DNA from: an uncultured Fidelibacterota bacterium
GTDB lineage: Bacteria > Fidelibacterota > Marinisomatia > Marinisomatales > Marinisomataceae
Assembly: GCA_902575395.1 (NCBI GenBank)
Contig: CACGRA010000001.1
Span: 1,741 to 65,740 of the forward strand
Reading direction: 5' to 3'
Length of the DNA: 64,000 nucleotides
This document shows, piece after piece, positions 28,243 to 38,977 of the stretch. Positions within the stretch are counted from its first letter, which is position 1, and each line of letters opens with the position of its first letter. Both the position numbers and the translations under genes were made by a program. The notes under the pieces are model-generated. The model saw only the letters and a program-made list of their open reading frames with translations, was not told the DNA's origin and made no database searches.

Positions 28243-29334
28243 ATGAAGTTAAATTGTGGATTTGTCGGATTGCCGAATGTTGGAAAATCAACCTTGTTTA
28301 ATGCTTTAAGCAACAATAGCATCGCAGCAGAAAATTATCCTTTTTGCACTATCGAACCAAATGTTGGAATTGTTGAAGTGCCAGACGACCGTTTAAAAGT
28401 GTTGTCAAAAATATTTTCTCCTAAAAAAACAATATGTAATACTGTTGAGTTTATTGATATCGCTGGCCTTGTAAAAAATGCACATAAAGGAGAAGGTTTA
28501 GGAAATCAATTTTTGTCACAAATACGATCAGTAAAGGTTGTGGTTCAAATAATACGAGTTTTTGATGACAAAAATGTAACCCACGTTGAAAACAGGGTTG
28601 ACCCAATGGATGATATAGAAATTATTAATACTGAGTTGTTGCTTGCTGATATTAAAACAGTTGAAAAGAGTTTAGAAAAAAATGAAAAACTAATTAAAGC
28701 AAACAAACCAGAAGGAAAATTAGCAAAAACAATATTAAACAGCCTGCTTGAACATCTTAATACTGGTCTACCTGCAAGGTCTTTTGAAAGAAACAGTAAA
28801 GAGGATGTTCCGGTAAAAAACCTGTTCCTTTTAACCGACAAACCAATGATTTATGTAGCTAATATTAGCGAAAATCAAGTAGGCGATGAAAAAATTGATG
28901 AAATAAAAAAAGTTGCGGAAAAAAATCAATCTTCTTTTATAATAATTAATGGAAAATTAGAATCAGAAATGGCTGGCTTAGATGAAGAAGAAAAAAAACT
29001 GCTTTTAAACGAATACGGTCTAGAAGAGCCGGGCCTAAACAGCCTTATTAAAGAGGCCTATACAAACCTTGGGCTTCAAACTTTCTTTACTTGTGGAGAG
29101 GAAGAGGTAAGGGCTTGGACAATTACAAAGGGTGCGGCGGCGGTAGAAGCTGCAGAAGAAATCCACACGGATTTTGCAAAAAAATTTATTAAAGCTGAAA
29201 TTTATAGCTTTGAAGACGCCATAAAACATGAAAATAACATAAAAGATTTAAAAACATTGGGGTTGGTTAAAATTGTTGGTAAAGACTATATTATGCAAGA
29301 AGGAGATATTGCTTACTTTATTAAAGGACAATAA
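28243..29334 (+). CDS. ychF: Ribosome-binding ATPase YchF
   Basis: G1 motif GLPNVGKSTLFNA and a C-terminal YchF/TGS-type domain; 363 aa. Confidence 0.95.
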   Translation: MKLNCGFVGLPNVGKSTLFNALSNNSIAAENYPFCTIEPNVGIVEVPDDRLKVLSKIFSPKKTICNTVEFIDIAGLVKNAHKGEGLGNQFLSQIRSVKVVVQIIRVFDDKNVTHVENRVDPMDDIEIINTELLLADIKTVEKSLEKNEKLIKANKPEGKLAKTILNSLLEHLNTGLPARSFERNSKEDVPVKNLFLLTDKPMIYVANISENQVGDEKIDEIKKVAEKNQSSFIIINGKLESEMAGLDEEEKKLLLNEYGLEEPGLNSLIKEAYTNLGLQTFFTCGEEEVRAWTITKGAAAVEAAEEIHTDFAKKFIKAEIYSFEDAIKHENNIKDLKTLGLVKIVGKDYIMQEGDIAYFIKGQ

Positions 29335-30317
29335 TGCAAAAAAAAGTTAAAATTGGTGTTATTGGGGCAGGGCATCTTGGAAAACATCATATCAAACACC
29401 TGTCTAATCATTCGTTAGTAGAGCTTGTTGGGTTTTTTGATATAGACAAGGAAAATGCCACCTCTGTATCACAAACATTTAATATTAAAAATTTTGACAA
29501 TGAAGATGATTTAATTGATTTAGTAGAAGCGATCAGCATAATTACACCAACAGAAACACACTATGATATTGCTGTTAAGTGCTTAAAAAAGAAAAAAGAT
29601 GTTTTTATTGAAAAACCTATAACAAACACATCTGAACAAGCAAAAGCAATTATTAAAATGGCTGCAAGCAGTAAAAACATTGTTCAAGTGGGGCACATTG
29701 AAAGATTTAACCCAACAATTAATCAGTTAAAAAGCGTGACAGGGTCTCCTCATTGTATTGAAATTGAAAGGCTTGCTCCTTTTCAAGCGCGCGGAACAGA
29801 GGTTCCTGTTGTTTTGGACTTAATGATCCATGATATTGACCTTGTTTTATCAATGGTGAATGAAAAAATCCAAAGCATTGAGGCAAGCGGCTCAAAAATG
29901 ATGAGCAAAACTGTTGATATTGCACATGCACAAATAAAATTTATCAATGGTGTTGTTGCAAACCTAAAATCTAGTAGAATTGCCCAAAACTACGTAAGAA
30001 AAATTAGAACCTATGAAGAAAACCTATATACTATTACCGATTTAATGATTCCTCAAATTGAAGTTTATAATTTAAAGGCAGCGTTAAGCGCCTCACATGA
30101 ATCAACAAGTAAAAAAATTGATACATCTGATGGGATTAAAACAATATTTTATGATAAAATTATTCCCGAAAAAAAAGATGCTCTTTTAGAAGAAATCAAT
30201 AATTTTATTTATTCAATACAAACAAGAAAAAACCCTATTGTGGATGGACCTCAGGGGTTAAATGCGCTAGAAATTGCATTAGAAATTGAAAACAAAATTC
30301 TTCAAAATGTCAAATAA
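29334..30317 (+). CDS. Gfo/Idh/MocA-family NAD(P)-dependent oxidoreductase
   Basis: N-terminal Rossmann motif KIGVIGAGHLGKHH and the EKP motif (FIEKPIT). Its stop overlaps the lpxB start. Confidence 0.8.
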   Translation: MQKKVKIGVIGAGHLGKHHIKHLSNHSLVELVGFFDIDKENATSVSQTFNIKNFDNEDDLIDLVEAISIITPTETHYDIAVKCLKKKKDVFIEKPITNTSEQAKAIIKMAASSKNIVQVGHIERFNPTINQLKSVTGSPHCIEIERLAPFQARGTEVPVVLDLMIHDIDLVLSMVNEKIQSIEASGSKMMSKTVDIAHAQIKFINGVVANLKSSRIAQNYVRKIRTYEENLYTITDLMIPQIEVYNLKAALSASHESTSKKIDTSDGIKTIFYDKIIPEKKDALLEEINNFIYSIQTRKNPIVDGPQGLNALEIALEIENKILQNVK

Positions 30318-31419
30318 AAAAATAGTTATTATTGCTGGAGAAGATTCTGGAGACCTGCACGGATCCCACCTAATAAAAGAGATGAAAAAAATTGATCCTG
30401 ATTTTACTTTTTATGGAGTTGGTGGCGACAAAATGATTGGGGCGGGGCTTAATCATATAGAACACATAAAAAACCTAAATGTTATCGGTATAGTTGAGGT
30501 TTTAAAACATTATCCTAGAATAAAAAAAATTTTTAATAAAACGGTTTCTCTTATTAAAGAAATAAGCCCTCAACAGGTAATCTTGATTGATTATCCAGGC
30601 TTTAACATGAGGCTGGCAAAAAAAGTTAAAAAGCTGGGCGTTTCTGTTACATATTTTATTCTTCCGCAGGTGTGGGCCTGGAACAGCAAGAGAGCTGAAC
30701 AGTTAAAAAAATTGTGCGATAAGCTGGTTAGCATTATCCCTTTTGAGAAACAATGGTTTAAAAAAAGAAATATTGATGTTCATTTTGTGGGCCATCCTTT
30801 AATATCAATTTTAGATAAAACCTTTGAAAAAAACTTTCTCCACCAGAAATATAATATTGATCAAAACAAAAAAATTGTGGCACTAATGCCTGGAAGTAGA
30901 AAATCAGAGATTAAAAAACACTGGGGGGTGTTTTTAGACACAATTAAACAATTAAAAAAAGACAACAAACATGAAATACAGCCTGTTTTAATACAGGCTC
31001 CCAATATTGCTATTGAAAACGTTCCAGACAACATAATAAGAATTAAAGACAATCATTATGAGGCACTATCTTCTGCAGACGTAGCAATGGTTTGTTCTGG
31101 AACAGCAACCCTAGAAACTGCTCTCTTAAGGTGTCCTATGGTTGTTTGTTATAAGCTTTCATCTATAACATGGTTTTTAGCAAAAAGGATGGCGTCTGTA
31201 AAACACCTTTCTCTCGTAAATCTTATTGTAGGCAAGGAGGTGGTTGCGGAGCTATTACAAAACAACATGAAACCAAAAAATATAGCTAAAGAAATCTATT
31301 ACCTATTGTCTCAAGAAGGAAAAGCAGCGTGGAAACAAAACCATGCTCTTCTTGTTAGCTCAATTGATACCACAAGAAAAAACCCATACCAAAATGCAGC
31401 AAAATACATTCTACAATAA
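30307..31419 (+). CDS. lpxB: Lipid-A-disaccharide synthase
   Basis: IVIIAGEDSGDLHGSHL N-terminus and the YPGFNMRLAKK block. I took the start at ATG 30307. Confidence 0.9.
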   Translation: MSNKKIVIIAGEDSGDLHGSHLIKEMKKIDPDFTFYGVGGDKMIGAGLNHIEHIKNLNVIGIVEVLKHYPRIKKIFNKTVSLIKEISPQQVILIDYPGFNMRLAKKVKKLGVSVTYFILPQVWAWNSKRAEQLKKLCDKLVSIIPFEKQWFKKRNIDVHFVGHPLISILDKTFEKNFLHQKYNIDQNKKIVALMPGSRKSEIKKHWGVFLDTIKQLKKDNKHEIQPVLIQAPNIAIENVPDNIIRIKDNHYEALSSADVAMVCSGTATLETALLRCPMVVCYKLSSITWFLAKRMASVKHLSLVNLIVGKEVVAELLQNNMKPKNIAKEIYYLLSQEGKAAWKQNHALLVSSIDTTRKNPYQNAAKYILQ

Positions 31420-32047
31420 GTTAGTTTTTAAAATAAAGGTTGTGTTTCTTTGGGCAACCATTAAGCTGTTGTATGGTTTAAACAGGTTTACGGTTGAAGG
31501 CATGGAAAACATAACAAGCCTATCTAAAAAAAACCGTTCTTTTGTGATGGTGTCTTGGCATGGAAAAATTTTAAGCGTGTTTCATTACTTTTCTAATAAA
31601 AATTATATTGGTTTAGCTAGCTTAAACAAAGATGCGGAACTAATTGCACAAGTTGGAGAAATGGTGGGGTATTCTTTTGTAAGAGGTTCAAGCTCTAGGG
31701 GAGGAGCTGATGCATATAGCGACATGATAAGGCTTTTACAAATGCCAGGGACAAAAATTATTATTACGCCGGATGGACCCCAAGGACCGGAACACATACC
31801 AAAACCAGGAGCTATAAGGCTATCACAAAAAACCGGAGTTCCAATAGTGCCTGTCATTGGACATGCAAAAAAAAGTTGGGTTTTTAAAAACTGGCACAAT
31901 TTTTATCTTAGCAAACCATTTAGCCCTATTAAGTTGGTCGTGGGAGAACCAATATATTTTAAACCAGAGGACGATTTAAGCCTTTGTGTTGAACAGCTAA
32001 AAGAAAAAATAGAAGCTGTAGATAAGCGCGCATCTAATCATGGCTAG
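31394..32047 (+). CDS. DUF374-family protein (lysophospholipid acyltransferase-like)
   Basis: The blocks SWHGKIL, RGSSSRGGA and ITPDGPQGP are typical of DUF374 proteins found in Kdo/lipid A clusters. The start is uncertain (31343 or 31394). Confidence 0.7.
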   Translation: MQQNTFYNKLVFKIKVVFLWATIKLLYGLNRFTVEGMENITSLSKKNRSFVMVSWHGKILSVFHYFSNKNYIGLASLNKDAELIAQVGEMVGYSFVRGSSSRGGADAYSDMIRLLQMPGTKIIITPDGPQGPEHIPKPGAIRLSQKTGVPIVPVIGHAKKSWVFKNWHNFYLSKPFSPIKLVVGEPIYFKPEDDLSLCVEQLKEKIEAVDKRASNHG

Positions 32048-33080
32048 TCTTTTTTATAAAATAAAGGTCTTTGTGTTTTCTGTTTTTCTATTTTTGTTTC
32101 CAATACATGTTGTTTTGATAAGGGTGAAAAATTTTTTTTATGATTACAGCCTAATAAAACCAAAAAAAACTAAACCAATTGTAATAAGCGTTGGAAATGT
32201 TGCGCTTGGAGGCACAGGAAAAACCCCACTTACCATTGCTATAGCAAAATTTTTAAAAAAAGAAGGATATCAGGTTGGTGTTTCTACAAGAGGACATGGT
32301 AGAAAAAATGATGGATCAAGCTTCTTAATAAAAGACAAAAACTGGTTTGTGAAAGACTTTTATAGACATTGGAAATCTGCTGGGGATGAGGCTGTTCTTT
32401 TAAAAAACAACCTAGGGGGTATTCCTGTTTATGTTTCAAAAGACAAAACTAAAGCAGTAAACAGCTTATATAAAAAAGAGGGGTGTGATGTTGTTATTTT
32501 AGATGATGGTTTCCAACACAGAAAACTGTATCGAGACATAGACATCGTAATATTTGATGTTGATGAAAAAATGAATAAAATGTTTCCTTATGGATTATTG
32601 AGAGAGCCAATAATTGGACTAAAAAGGGCTGATATAATTATTAGCACTAACGTTAAAGACAAAGAAGCGGATGGGCTTACTCTTAAGTGGAATTATAATA
32701 ACTATTTATTGGTTGCAGATATCCCTGAAAACAAAACTGAGGGTTTTGAGTTTTTAGGAAAATACAGCAACATTTTATCTCTATGTGCAATTGGTTCTCC
32801 TGGAAATTTTCAAAAAACGTTAGAAAATTTAAAAATAAACTATAAGCAATTTTTAACATACCCAGACCACTACCCTTTTCAAGAAAATGATATTAAAAAG
32901 ATTAATTCATTCATTGACAAAAACAAAATTGATCTTGTTCTTTGTACAGAAAAAGACCTAATCAAACTAAAAGAATACAAAAAAGCCTTGCGTGCTCCGT
33001 TGGCAGCAATAACAATTAATTATTCTTTAAATCCAAACATAAAAAGGGGCGTTTTAGATAAAATAGGAGAGATTGTCTAG
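32040..33080 (+). CDS. lpxK: Tetraacyldisaccharide 4'-kinase
   Basis: P-loop GNVALGGTGKTP and the LDDGFQH block; 346 aa. Confidence 0.88.
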   Translation: MASLFYKIKVFVFSVFLFLFPIHVVLIRVKNFFYDYSLIKPKKTKPIVISVGNVALGGTGKTPLTIAIAKFLKKEGYQVGVSTRGHGRKNDGSSFLIKDKNWFVKDFYRHWKSAGDEAVLLKNNLGGIPVYVSKDKTKAVNSLYKKEGCDVVILDDGFQHRKLYRDIDIVIFDVDEKMNKMFPYGLLREPIIGLKRADIIISTNVKDKEADGLTLKWNYNNYLLVADIPENKTEGFEFLGKYSNILSLCAIGSPGNFQKTLENLKINYKQFLTYPDHYPFQENDIKKINSFIDKNKIDLVLCTEKDLIKLKEYKKALRAPLAAITINYSLNPNIKRGVLDKIGEIV

Positions 33081-33084
33081 CTTG

Positions 33085-33113
33085 TTGACATTGGTTGTGT
33101 TATAAGGTAGATT
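33085..33113 (+). promoter_or_regulatory. Candidate sigma70-like promoter for the exbB-exbD-exbD-tonB operon
   Basis: TTGACA (33085-33090), 17 nt, then TAGATT (33108-33113). A strong AGGAGG lies at 33133-33138, 7 nt before the exbB ATG. Confidence 0.35.
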
Positions 33114-33145
33114 TTTAAACATTTAACAGGTTAGGAGGAACTTAA

Positions 33146-33748
33146 ATGGTAGAATTATTTTTAGACGGCGGTCCTTTCATGTACCCAATCTTGTTACTAT
33201 TGCTTGGTGGGCTAGCTTTGGTTGTGGAGCGCTTTCGCTCGTTGGCACAGTCTCAAGCTGATTCAGAGGGCTTTATGGAGGCTGTTTCAAAAGCAGTAAA
33301 AGCTGGTGGAGCAAAAAAAGCTTTAGCGGTTTGTGATGGACATGATGGGCCGGTTTCAAATATATGTAAGGCTGGATTAGAAAAGTCTGGCAAAGGAGCC
33401 GATCAAGTGGAAAAGGCGATTGAAAACGCAGGGTCTCTTGAAATGGCTTTTCTTGAAAAAAACATGGGTTGGCTAACTGCAATTGTTGCTATTGCTCCAA
33501 TGATGGGCTTCACAGGAACTGTGTGGGGTATGATTGGTGCTTTTGAAGCGATTGAAGCAGCAAACGACATTTCTCCAGCTGTGGTTGCGGGTGGTATTTC
33601 ACAAGCTCTACTAACCACTGCTTTTGGACTTGTTGTTGCAATGATAATCCAAGTTTGTCAAAACTATTTTTCTTCTCAAATTGATGCGATGGTATTAGAC
33701 ATGGAAGAAAAATCAATTGAACTAACTGATCTGCTTACAAGCAAATAA
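33146..33748 (+). CDS. exbB: MotA/TolQ/ExbB proton-channel protein
   Basis: 200 aa with three TM segments and the conserved block GFTGTVWGMIGAF .. GISQALLTTAFGL. Confidence 0.88.
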   Translation: MVELFLDGGPFMYPILLLLLGGLALVVERFRSLAQSQADSEGFMEAVSKAVKAGGAKKALAVCDGHDGPVSNICKAGLEKSGKGADQVEKAIENAGSLEMAFLEKNMGWLTAIVAIAPMMGFTGTVWGMIGAFEAIEAANDISPAVVAGGISQALLTTAFGLVVAMIIQVCQNYFSSQIDAMVLDMEEKSIELTDLLTSK

Positions 33749-33750
33749 AA

Positions 33751-34149
33751 ATGGCTCTTAGAGAAAGAAAAGCCAGGGTTGGTGCTATTCCTGAAGGGGG
33801 AATGGCAGATATTGCATTTTTGCTGTTGGTGTTTTTTTTGGTTACCACAACAATTGATATGGACAAGGGTCTCGGAATTATTTTGCCAGCAGAGGGCCAG
33901 GAGCTAGAAATCAATAAAAAGAATATTTTAAACTGTTTAATTAGTTCCTCAGGAAATGTTCTTTTGGGCGGTGAGCCGGTTGAACTCAAAGACATTCATC
34001 GAAAAGTAAAAGATGAAATAAGAAAAAATGACAAGCTAATTGTTTCTGTAAAGGCGCATGAAAAAGCACAGTACGATGTTTATGTTGAAGTGTTGGACCA
34101 GTTAAAAATGGCAAACGCAACCCGCATATCAATAGCGGAGACAGAATGA
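33751..34149 (+). CDS. exbD: ExbD/TolR-family protein
   Basis: 132 aa with the N-terminal anchor MADIAFLLLVFFLVTT and a periplasmic ExbD-like domain. Confidence 0.85.
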   Translation: MALRERKARVGAIPEGGMADIAFLLLVFFLVTTTIDMDKGLGIILPAEGQELEINKKNILNCLISSSGNVLLGGEPVELKDIHRKVKDEIRKNDKLIVSVKAHEKAQYDVYVEVLDQLKMANATRISIAETE

Positions 34150-34562
34150 AGTTTAAAAGAAAATCAAACATAGAATCAAAAATTTCTACATCGTCTATGC
34201 CAGACATTATTTTTATGCTTCTTATCTTTTTTATGGTTACAACGGTTTTAAGAGAATATTCGGGACTACCAATATCTCTACCAAAAGCGGAGCGCATTGA
34301 AAAACTGGAATCTAAAAGACACACTGCACACATTTGGGTTTCAAAAGATGGGTTAATCTCTATTGAAGACAAGCTTTTCAACGAAGATGATGTCCGCCAC
34401 ATTATGTACGAAAAGAGAGCCTCAGACCCACAGCTTACTGTTTCATTGAAGGCGGATTTAGCCGCAAGAATGGAAACTATTTCTAACATACATAATGAGC
34501 TAAGAAAAGCTGATGCGCTAAAACTAAACTACTCAACAAAAGTTAAGGCTCCTACTCAATGA
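34146..34562 (+). CDS. exbD: ExbD/TolR-family protein (second copy)
   Basis: 138 aa with the anchor MPDIIFMLLIFFMVTT. Its start overlaps the preceding stop (ATGA). Confidence 0.85.
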   Translation: MKFKRKSNIESKISTSSMPDIIFMLLIFFMVTTVLREYSGLPISLPKAERIEKLESKRHTAHIWVSKDGLISIEDKLFNEDDVRHIMYEKRASDPQLTVSLKADLAARMETISNIHNELRKADALKLNYSTKVKAPTQ

Positions 34563-35233
34563 AGAATATAAAAAATCCATTTTCTTTGATTGTTGATCTT
34601 CTTTTAAACCGAGCAAAACTAAGCGAAGGAACGTTAAAAGAACAATATTCAACTGTAACGCGCATTGGAGCTTTGCTTGCTTGTATATTAGGGTTGTTTA
34701 CGTTTTATGGATTACAGCGTTTTGAGCCAGAAATTGATATTGAAAGCGAGGGACAAATTATAATTGAAAATATTGAGATTCCTGAAACTCAACAATTTGA
34801 AACTCCTCCTCCGCCTGCAAGGCCTTCTATTCCAATTGAATCAGAAGATGAAGATTTAGCAGACGACTTAACAATTGAAGAAACTGATTTAGATAATTTT
34901 GATGCGTGGGACGCCCCGCCCCCACCTCCTTCTGGGCCACAGTTTAAGTTTATTCCTTATGATGATCCGCCTAGACCTGTTACGCCAATTAAGCCGGTTT
35001 ATCCTGACATTGCACAAGAAGCTGGAATTGAGGGGCAGGTTTTAGTTCAGTGTTTTATTGACGAAAAAGGAAAAGTTAAAGAAACAATCGTGGTTAAAGG
35101 CATACCAAACACCGGGCTAAACGAGTCAGCTGTAGAAGCTTTAAGAAAAACAAGGTTTAGACCTGCTAAACAACGTGAAAGACCTGTGGGGGTTTGGATT
35201 ACAATTCCAATTAACTTTAGATTACAAAATTAA
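34559..35233 (+). CDS. tonB: Energy transducer TonB
   Basis: TM anchor, Pro-rich linker (PPPPARP, PPPPPSGP) and a C-terminal TonB domain (YPDIAQEAGIEGQVLVQCFIDEKGKV). Confidence 0.8.
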   Translation: MKNIKNPFSLIVDLLLNRAKLSEGTLKEQYSTVTRIGALLACILGLFTFYGLQRFEPEIDIESEGQIIIENIEIPETQQFETPPPPARPSIPIESEDEDLADDLTIEETDLDNFDAWDAPPPPPSGPQFKFIPYDDPPRPVTPIKPVYPDIAQEAGIEGQVLVQCFIDEKGKVKETIVVKGIPNTGLNESAVEALRKTRFRPAKQRERPVGVWITIPINFRLQN

Positions 35234-36294
35234 AAATACTGATAGCTGTCTGTAAGCGCCTTTTCTTCATCAGAGGCATACTCAAAATACCATCTTTTTA
35301 GCCTTGGGTGCATCTTTTTTCTCGCAATAAAAGGGAAAAAAGTAAACAAGGCCATATAAGTTAAATACCCTGAAGGAAGCGATATGCCATCATCAAGACA
35401 CGGATCGAGCTCCCAAAATTCTTTTTTTGCGTTCACGTGGTGGTCTGAATGTCTTGTAAGGTTATAGGTTAAATATGTTGTCATTCTGTTGTTTGAATTC
35501 CATGAGTGGTGGTGCAAAATTGGCTTTCCCTTAACCCTTACAAGGCCATAGTGCTCAATAAAGTTTGTCATTTGAAAAATATAGTTTGCTCCCATGCCTG
35601 TTAAGAAATAAAGCACAACAGAGAATGGTCCAAAAAAAGCATATATAAAACAAAAGATTAAGGCTGTTCTCATATATCCAACAAGAAGCCTGTTGTGTAA
35701 AGAAAAAATATTTTGTCTTCTTCTTTCTAGTTGCCTTGACTCAATTCCCCACGCGTGCGTGTGTTCACGAAAAAATGCTTTAATTGCAAACAAAATTGGG
35801 TTTTCATTTGCTTTTGCTGTTACAGGGTCTTCTTCTGTTATTCCAACATTTTTGTGGTGACCGTATACATGTTCAATTGCAAAGGCAGGGTTCCATGCTG
35901 CAGCTAAAGCCCAATTTCCTACCTCACAGTCAAGTTTTTTACTGGTTCTATGAACAAGCTCGTGTCCAACATTAATAAATGCTGTTGCCATGGCAAGACC
36001 AAGAATTGGAATATAAACAATTAGCTCTGAAGACCATGTTGGGTTGTTTTTTAAAAAAAGAAAAAGGACATAAAAAAACAATGGGACATTTATAAAAAGA
36101 GCGAGATCTAAAATCCATGGGTGCTTGTATTTTGGCTTAGATGTGTCATCTCCAAAAAAAAGTTCTCCAAAAATAATAAAAAACTGTAGCCCTAAAAGAA
36201 CAAAAAGGCCCTTGGTTCCACCAACATATACCCCGTAGCCTATTGAGGCAATAAAAAGTGGGCTTAGAAAAAATTTAAAATAATGAAAAAACAT
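35230..36294 (-). CDS. AlkB-like integral-membrane alkane 1-monooxygenase / fatty-acid-desaturase-superfamily hydroxylase
   Basis: All four AlkB signature blocks are present: HELVHR, EHVYGHH, NFIEHYGL and LTRHSDHH. 354 aa, polytopic. Confidence 0.8.
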   Translation of the reverse strand: MFFHYFKFFLSPLFIASIGYGVYVGGTKGLFVLLGLQFFIIFGELFFGDDTSKPKYKHPWILDLALFINVPLFFYVLFLFLKNNPTWSSELIVYIPILGLAMATAFINVGHELVHRTSKKLDCEVGNWALAAAWNPAFAIEHVYGHHKNVGITEEDPVTAKANENPILFAIKAFFREHTHAWGIESRQLERRRQNIFSLHNRLLVGYMRTALIFCFIYAFFGPFSVVLYFLTGMGANYIFQMTNFIEHYGLVRVKGKPILHHHSWNSNNRMTTYLTYNLTRHSDHHVNAKKEFWELDPCLDDGISLPSGYLTYMALFTFFPFIARKKMHPRLKRWYFEYASDEEKALTDSYQYF

Positions 36295-36317
36295 TCTATT
36301 TTTGTCTCCAAAATAAT

Positions 36318-37055
36318 TTACAGCTGAGATTTAATAAATTCTCTATTTAATCTCGCAATGTTTTCTTGTGAAATTTCTTTAGGACACTCAGCAGAGCAGG
36401 CGCCCGTGTTGGTGCACGCACCAAAGCCTTCTTCGTCCATTGTCGCCACCATGCTCTGCACTCTTTCTTTTTGTTCCGGTTCCCCTTGTGGTAAAAGAGT
36501 AAACTGGGAAACCTTTGCTGCGGTAAAAAGCATTGCTGAAGAGTTTTTGCAGGCAGCAACACAGGCCCCACACCCAATGCATGCAGCAGAAAGAAAAGCT
36601 TCATCTGCGTTTGATTTTTCAATAACGGTAGAGTTGGCCTCTTCCGCTTTTCCGGTGTCAACCGAAACAAAGCCTCCACTGCTAATGATTCTGTCAAAAG
36701 CGGTTCTGTCAACAGAAAGGTCTTTAACTACTTTAAAAGAATTTGCTCTGAATGGCTCTAAAAGAATTTCATCTTCGTCGTTAAAAGACCTCATGTGTAG
36801 TTGACAAACTGTGGTTGCTTTTTGTGGGCCGTGGGGTTGGCCATTAATCATAAAACCACATGAACCACAAATGCCCTCTCTACAATCATGGTCAAAAGCA
36901 ACTGGCTCAAGTTTTTCCTTAATAAGTCTGTTGTTAAGAATGTCTAACATTTCTAAAAAAGAAATATTTGGGTCTATGTTTTGAAGCTTATAAGCTTTAA
37001 ACCTTCCCTTGTCTTTTTTGTCTTTTTGTCTCCAAATTTTTAGGTTGATATTCAT
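36318..37055 (-). CDS. sdhB: Succinate dehydrogenase/fumarate reductase iron-sulfur subunit
   Basis: Cys clusters [21 protein letters not shown] and [12 protein letters not shown]; 245 aa. Confidence 0.93.
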   Translation of the reverse strand: MNINLKIWRQKDKKDKGRFKAYKLQNIDPNISFLEMLDILNNRLIKEKLEPVAFDHDCREGICGSCGFMINGQPHGPQKATTVCQLHMRSFNDEDEILLEPFRANSFKVVKDLSVDRTAFDRIISSGGFVSVDTGKAEEANSTVIEKSNADEAFLSAACIGCGACVAACKNSSAMLFTAAKVSQFTLLPQGEPEQKERVQSMVATMDEEGFGACTNTGACSAECPKEISQENIARLNREFIKSQL

Positions 37056-38977
37056 TATTTATAGCTTCTGGTTTTTAGTTTTACGTGTTTATATTTCAAG
37101 TCTTCTTTAAAAAGATTTGGTTTGCCGTCTGCATTATACTTCCAGGCCGCAACATACATAAACTCAATATCGTTTCTTTTTGCTTCGTTTTCTTTGGTTT
37201 GAAATTCTTCTCTAAAGTGTGCCCCACAGGATTCGTTTCTGTCTAGCGCATCAAACGCCATCAGTTCTGCAAGCTCTATAAAGTCTTTCAACCTTAGTGC
37301 TTTTTCTAGCTCTTGATTATAATCATTTTTTGAACCAGGAATAAACACATTATTCCAAAATTTTTCTTTTATCTTTGGAATTATATCAAGAGCCTCTTTT
37401 AAGCCTCGGCTATTTCTAGACATTCCCACCTTGTCCCACACAACTTTTCCTAACTCTCTATGAATTTCATCAACAACCATGTCACCTTTTATGTTCATAA
37501 TTTTGTTGATATCTTTTTCTGTTTTGTTTACGGCGTTTTTAAAAACCTCGCTGTTTGCTGTGTCTTGGTTTCCTGGTTTTTCTTTTGATAAATAGTCAGT
37601 AATTGTGTGGGGGACAATAAAGTATCCGTCTGCAAGACCCTGCATTAAAGCGCTTGCTCCCAACCTGTTTGCGCCATGATCAGAAAAATTGCTCTCTCCA
37701 ATTGAAAAAAGCCCTGGAATTGTGGTCATTAGATTGTAGTCAACCCAAAGACCTCCCATTGTATAGTGAACAGCGGGATAAATCTTCATTGGAGTTTTAT
37801 ATGGGTTTTCATCTGCTATGTTTTGATACATATCAAAAAGATTTCCATACTTTTCTCTTACATAGCCTTCTCCCTTGTTTTGGATTACGTGCTTAAAGTC
37901 TAAATATACAGCAAATCCGGTTGGACCAACCCCCTGTCCATTGTCACAGACCTCTTTTGCTCGCCTACTAGCCACATCTCTTGGAACAAGGTTCCCAAAC
38001 GCTGGGTAAATCCTTTCTAAATAATAATCTCTTTCTTGTTCAGGGATTTCGTTTGGTTTTCTCTTGTCGTTTTTTTGCTTTGGAACCCAAACTCTTCCAT
38101 CGTTTCTTAAGCTTTCACTCATTAGTGTTAGTTTTGATTGAAAGTTGTTTTTAACAGGAATACATGTCGGGTGTATTTGTGTAAAGCTTGGGTTTGCAAA
38201 AAGCGCGCCCTTTCTATGGGCCCTCCAGTTAGCGGTAACATTGCTAGCCATGGCGTTTGTTGAAAGATAATAAACGTTTCCATACCCGCCTGTTGCCAAA
38301 ATAACCGCATCTGCTTGGTGTGCTTTTATCTCTCCGTTTAAAAGGTTTCGAGTTACTACCCCCTTCGCTTTTCCGTCTACAAGAACAACGTCTAACATGT
38401 CGTGTCTTGGAAAAAACCGCACCTTTTCTGTTTTTAGTTGTCTGCTAAGAGCAGAATAGGCACCCAAAAGAAGTTGTTGCCCTGTTTGCCCTCTTGCATA
38501 AAAGGTTCTTGACACTTGAACTCCGCCAAAAGACCTGTTGTCCAAAAGCCCGCCATACTCTCTGGCAAAAGGAACCCCTTGCGCAACACATTGATCAATA
38601 ATGTTTACACTTGTTTCGGCCAACCTGTAAACATTTTCTTCTCTTGATCGAAAGTCCCCTCCTTTGATTGTGTCATAAAAAAGACGCATTGTGCTGTCGC
38701 CATCGTGTTTATAGTTTTTTGCTGCGTTTATTCCCCCTTGTGCAGCAATACTGTGTGCTCTTCTTGGAGATTCGTGGTATGAAAAAGCATCAACATTAAA
38801 GCCTTTTTCAGCAAGCGTAGCAGCTGCCGAAGCTCCTGCCAGGCCAGTGCCAATTATAATGATTTTGTATTTGTTTGCTTCTTCTTTAGAAAGTTTTTCT
38901 AAAAAATCTTTGTGTCTTGTCCACGCAGTGTGGAGGTCTCCTGTTGGAGTTTTCGAATTTAAATTAAGGTCATTCAT
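37055..38977 (-). CDS. sdhA: Succinate dehydrogenase/fumarate reductase flavoprotein subunit
   Basis: FAD-binding [13 protein letters not shown], the [13 protein letters not shown] block (covalent-FAD His region) and HYTMGG; 640 aa. Confidence 0.95.
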   Translation of the reverse strand: MNDLNLNSKTPTGDLHTAWTRHKDFLEKLSKEEANKYKIIIIGTGLAGASAAATLAEKGFNVDAFSYHESPRRAHSIAAQGGINAAKNYKHDGDSTMRLFYDTIKGGDFRSREENVYRLAETSVNIIDQCVAQGVPFAREYGGLLDNRSFGGVQVSRTFYARGQTGQQLLLGAYSALSRQLKTEKVRFFPRHDMLDVVLVDGKAKGVVTRNLLNGEIKAHQADAVILATGGYGNVYYLSTNAMASNVTANWRAHRKGALFANPSFTQIHPTCIPVKNNFQSKLTLMSESLRNDGRVWVPKQKNDKRKPNEIPEQERDYYLERIYPAFGNLVPRDVASRRAKEVCDNGQGVGPTGFAVYLDFKHVIQNKGEGYVREKYGNLFDMYQNIADENPYKTPMKIYPAVHYTMGGLWVDYNLMTTIPGLFSIGESNFSDHGANRLGASALMQGLADGYFIVPHTITDYLSKEKPGNQDTANSEVFKNAVNKTEKDINKIMNIKGDMVVDEIHRELGKVVWDKVGMSRNSRGLKEALDIIPKIKEKFWNNVFIPGSKNDYNQELEKALRLKDFIELAELMAFDALDRNESCGAHFREEFQTKENEAKRNDIEFMYVAAWKYNADGKPNLFKEDLKYKHVKLKTRSYK

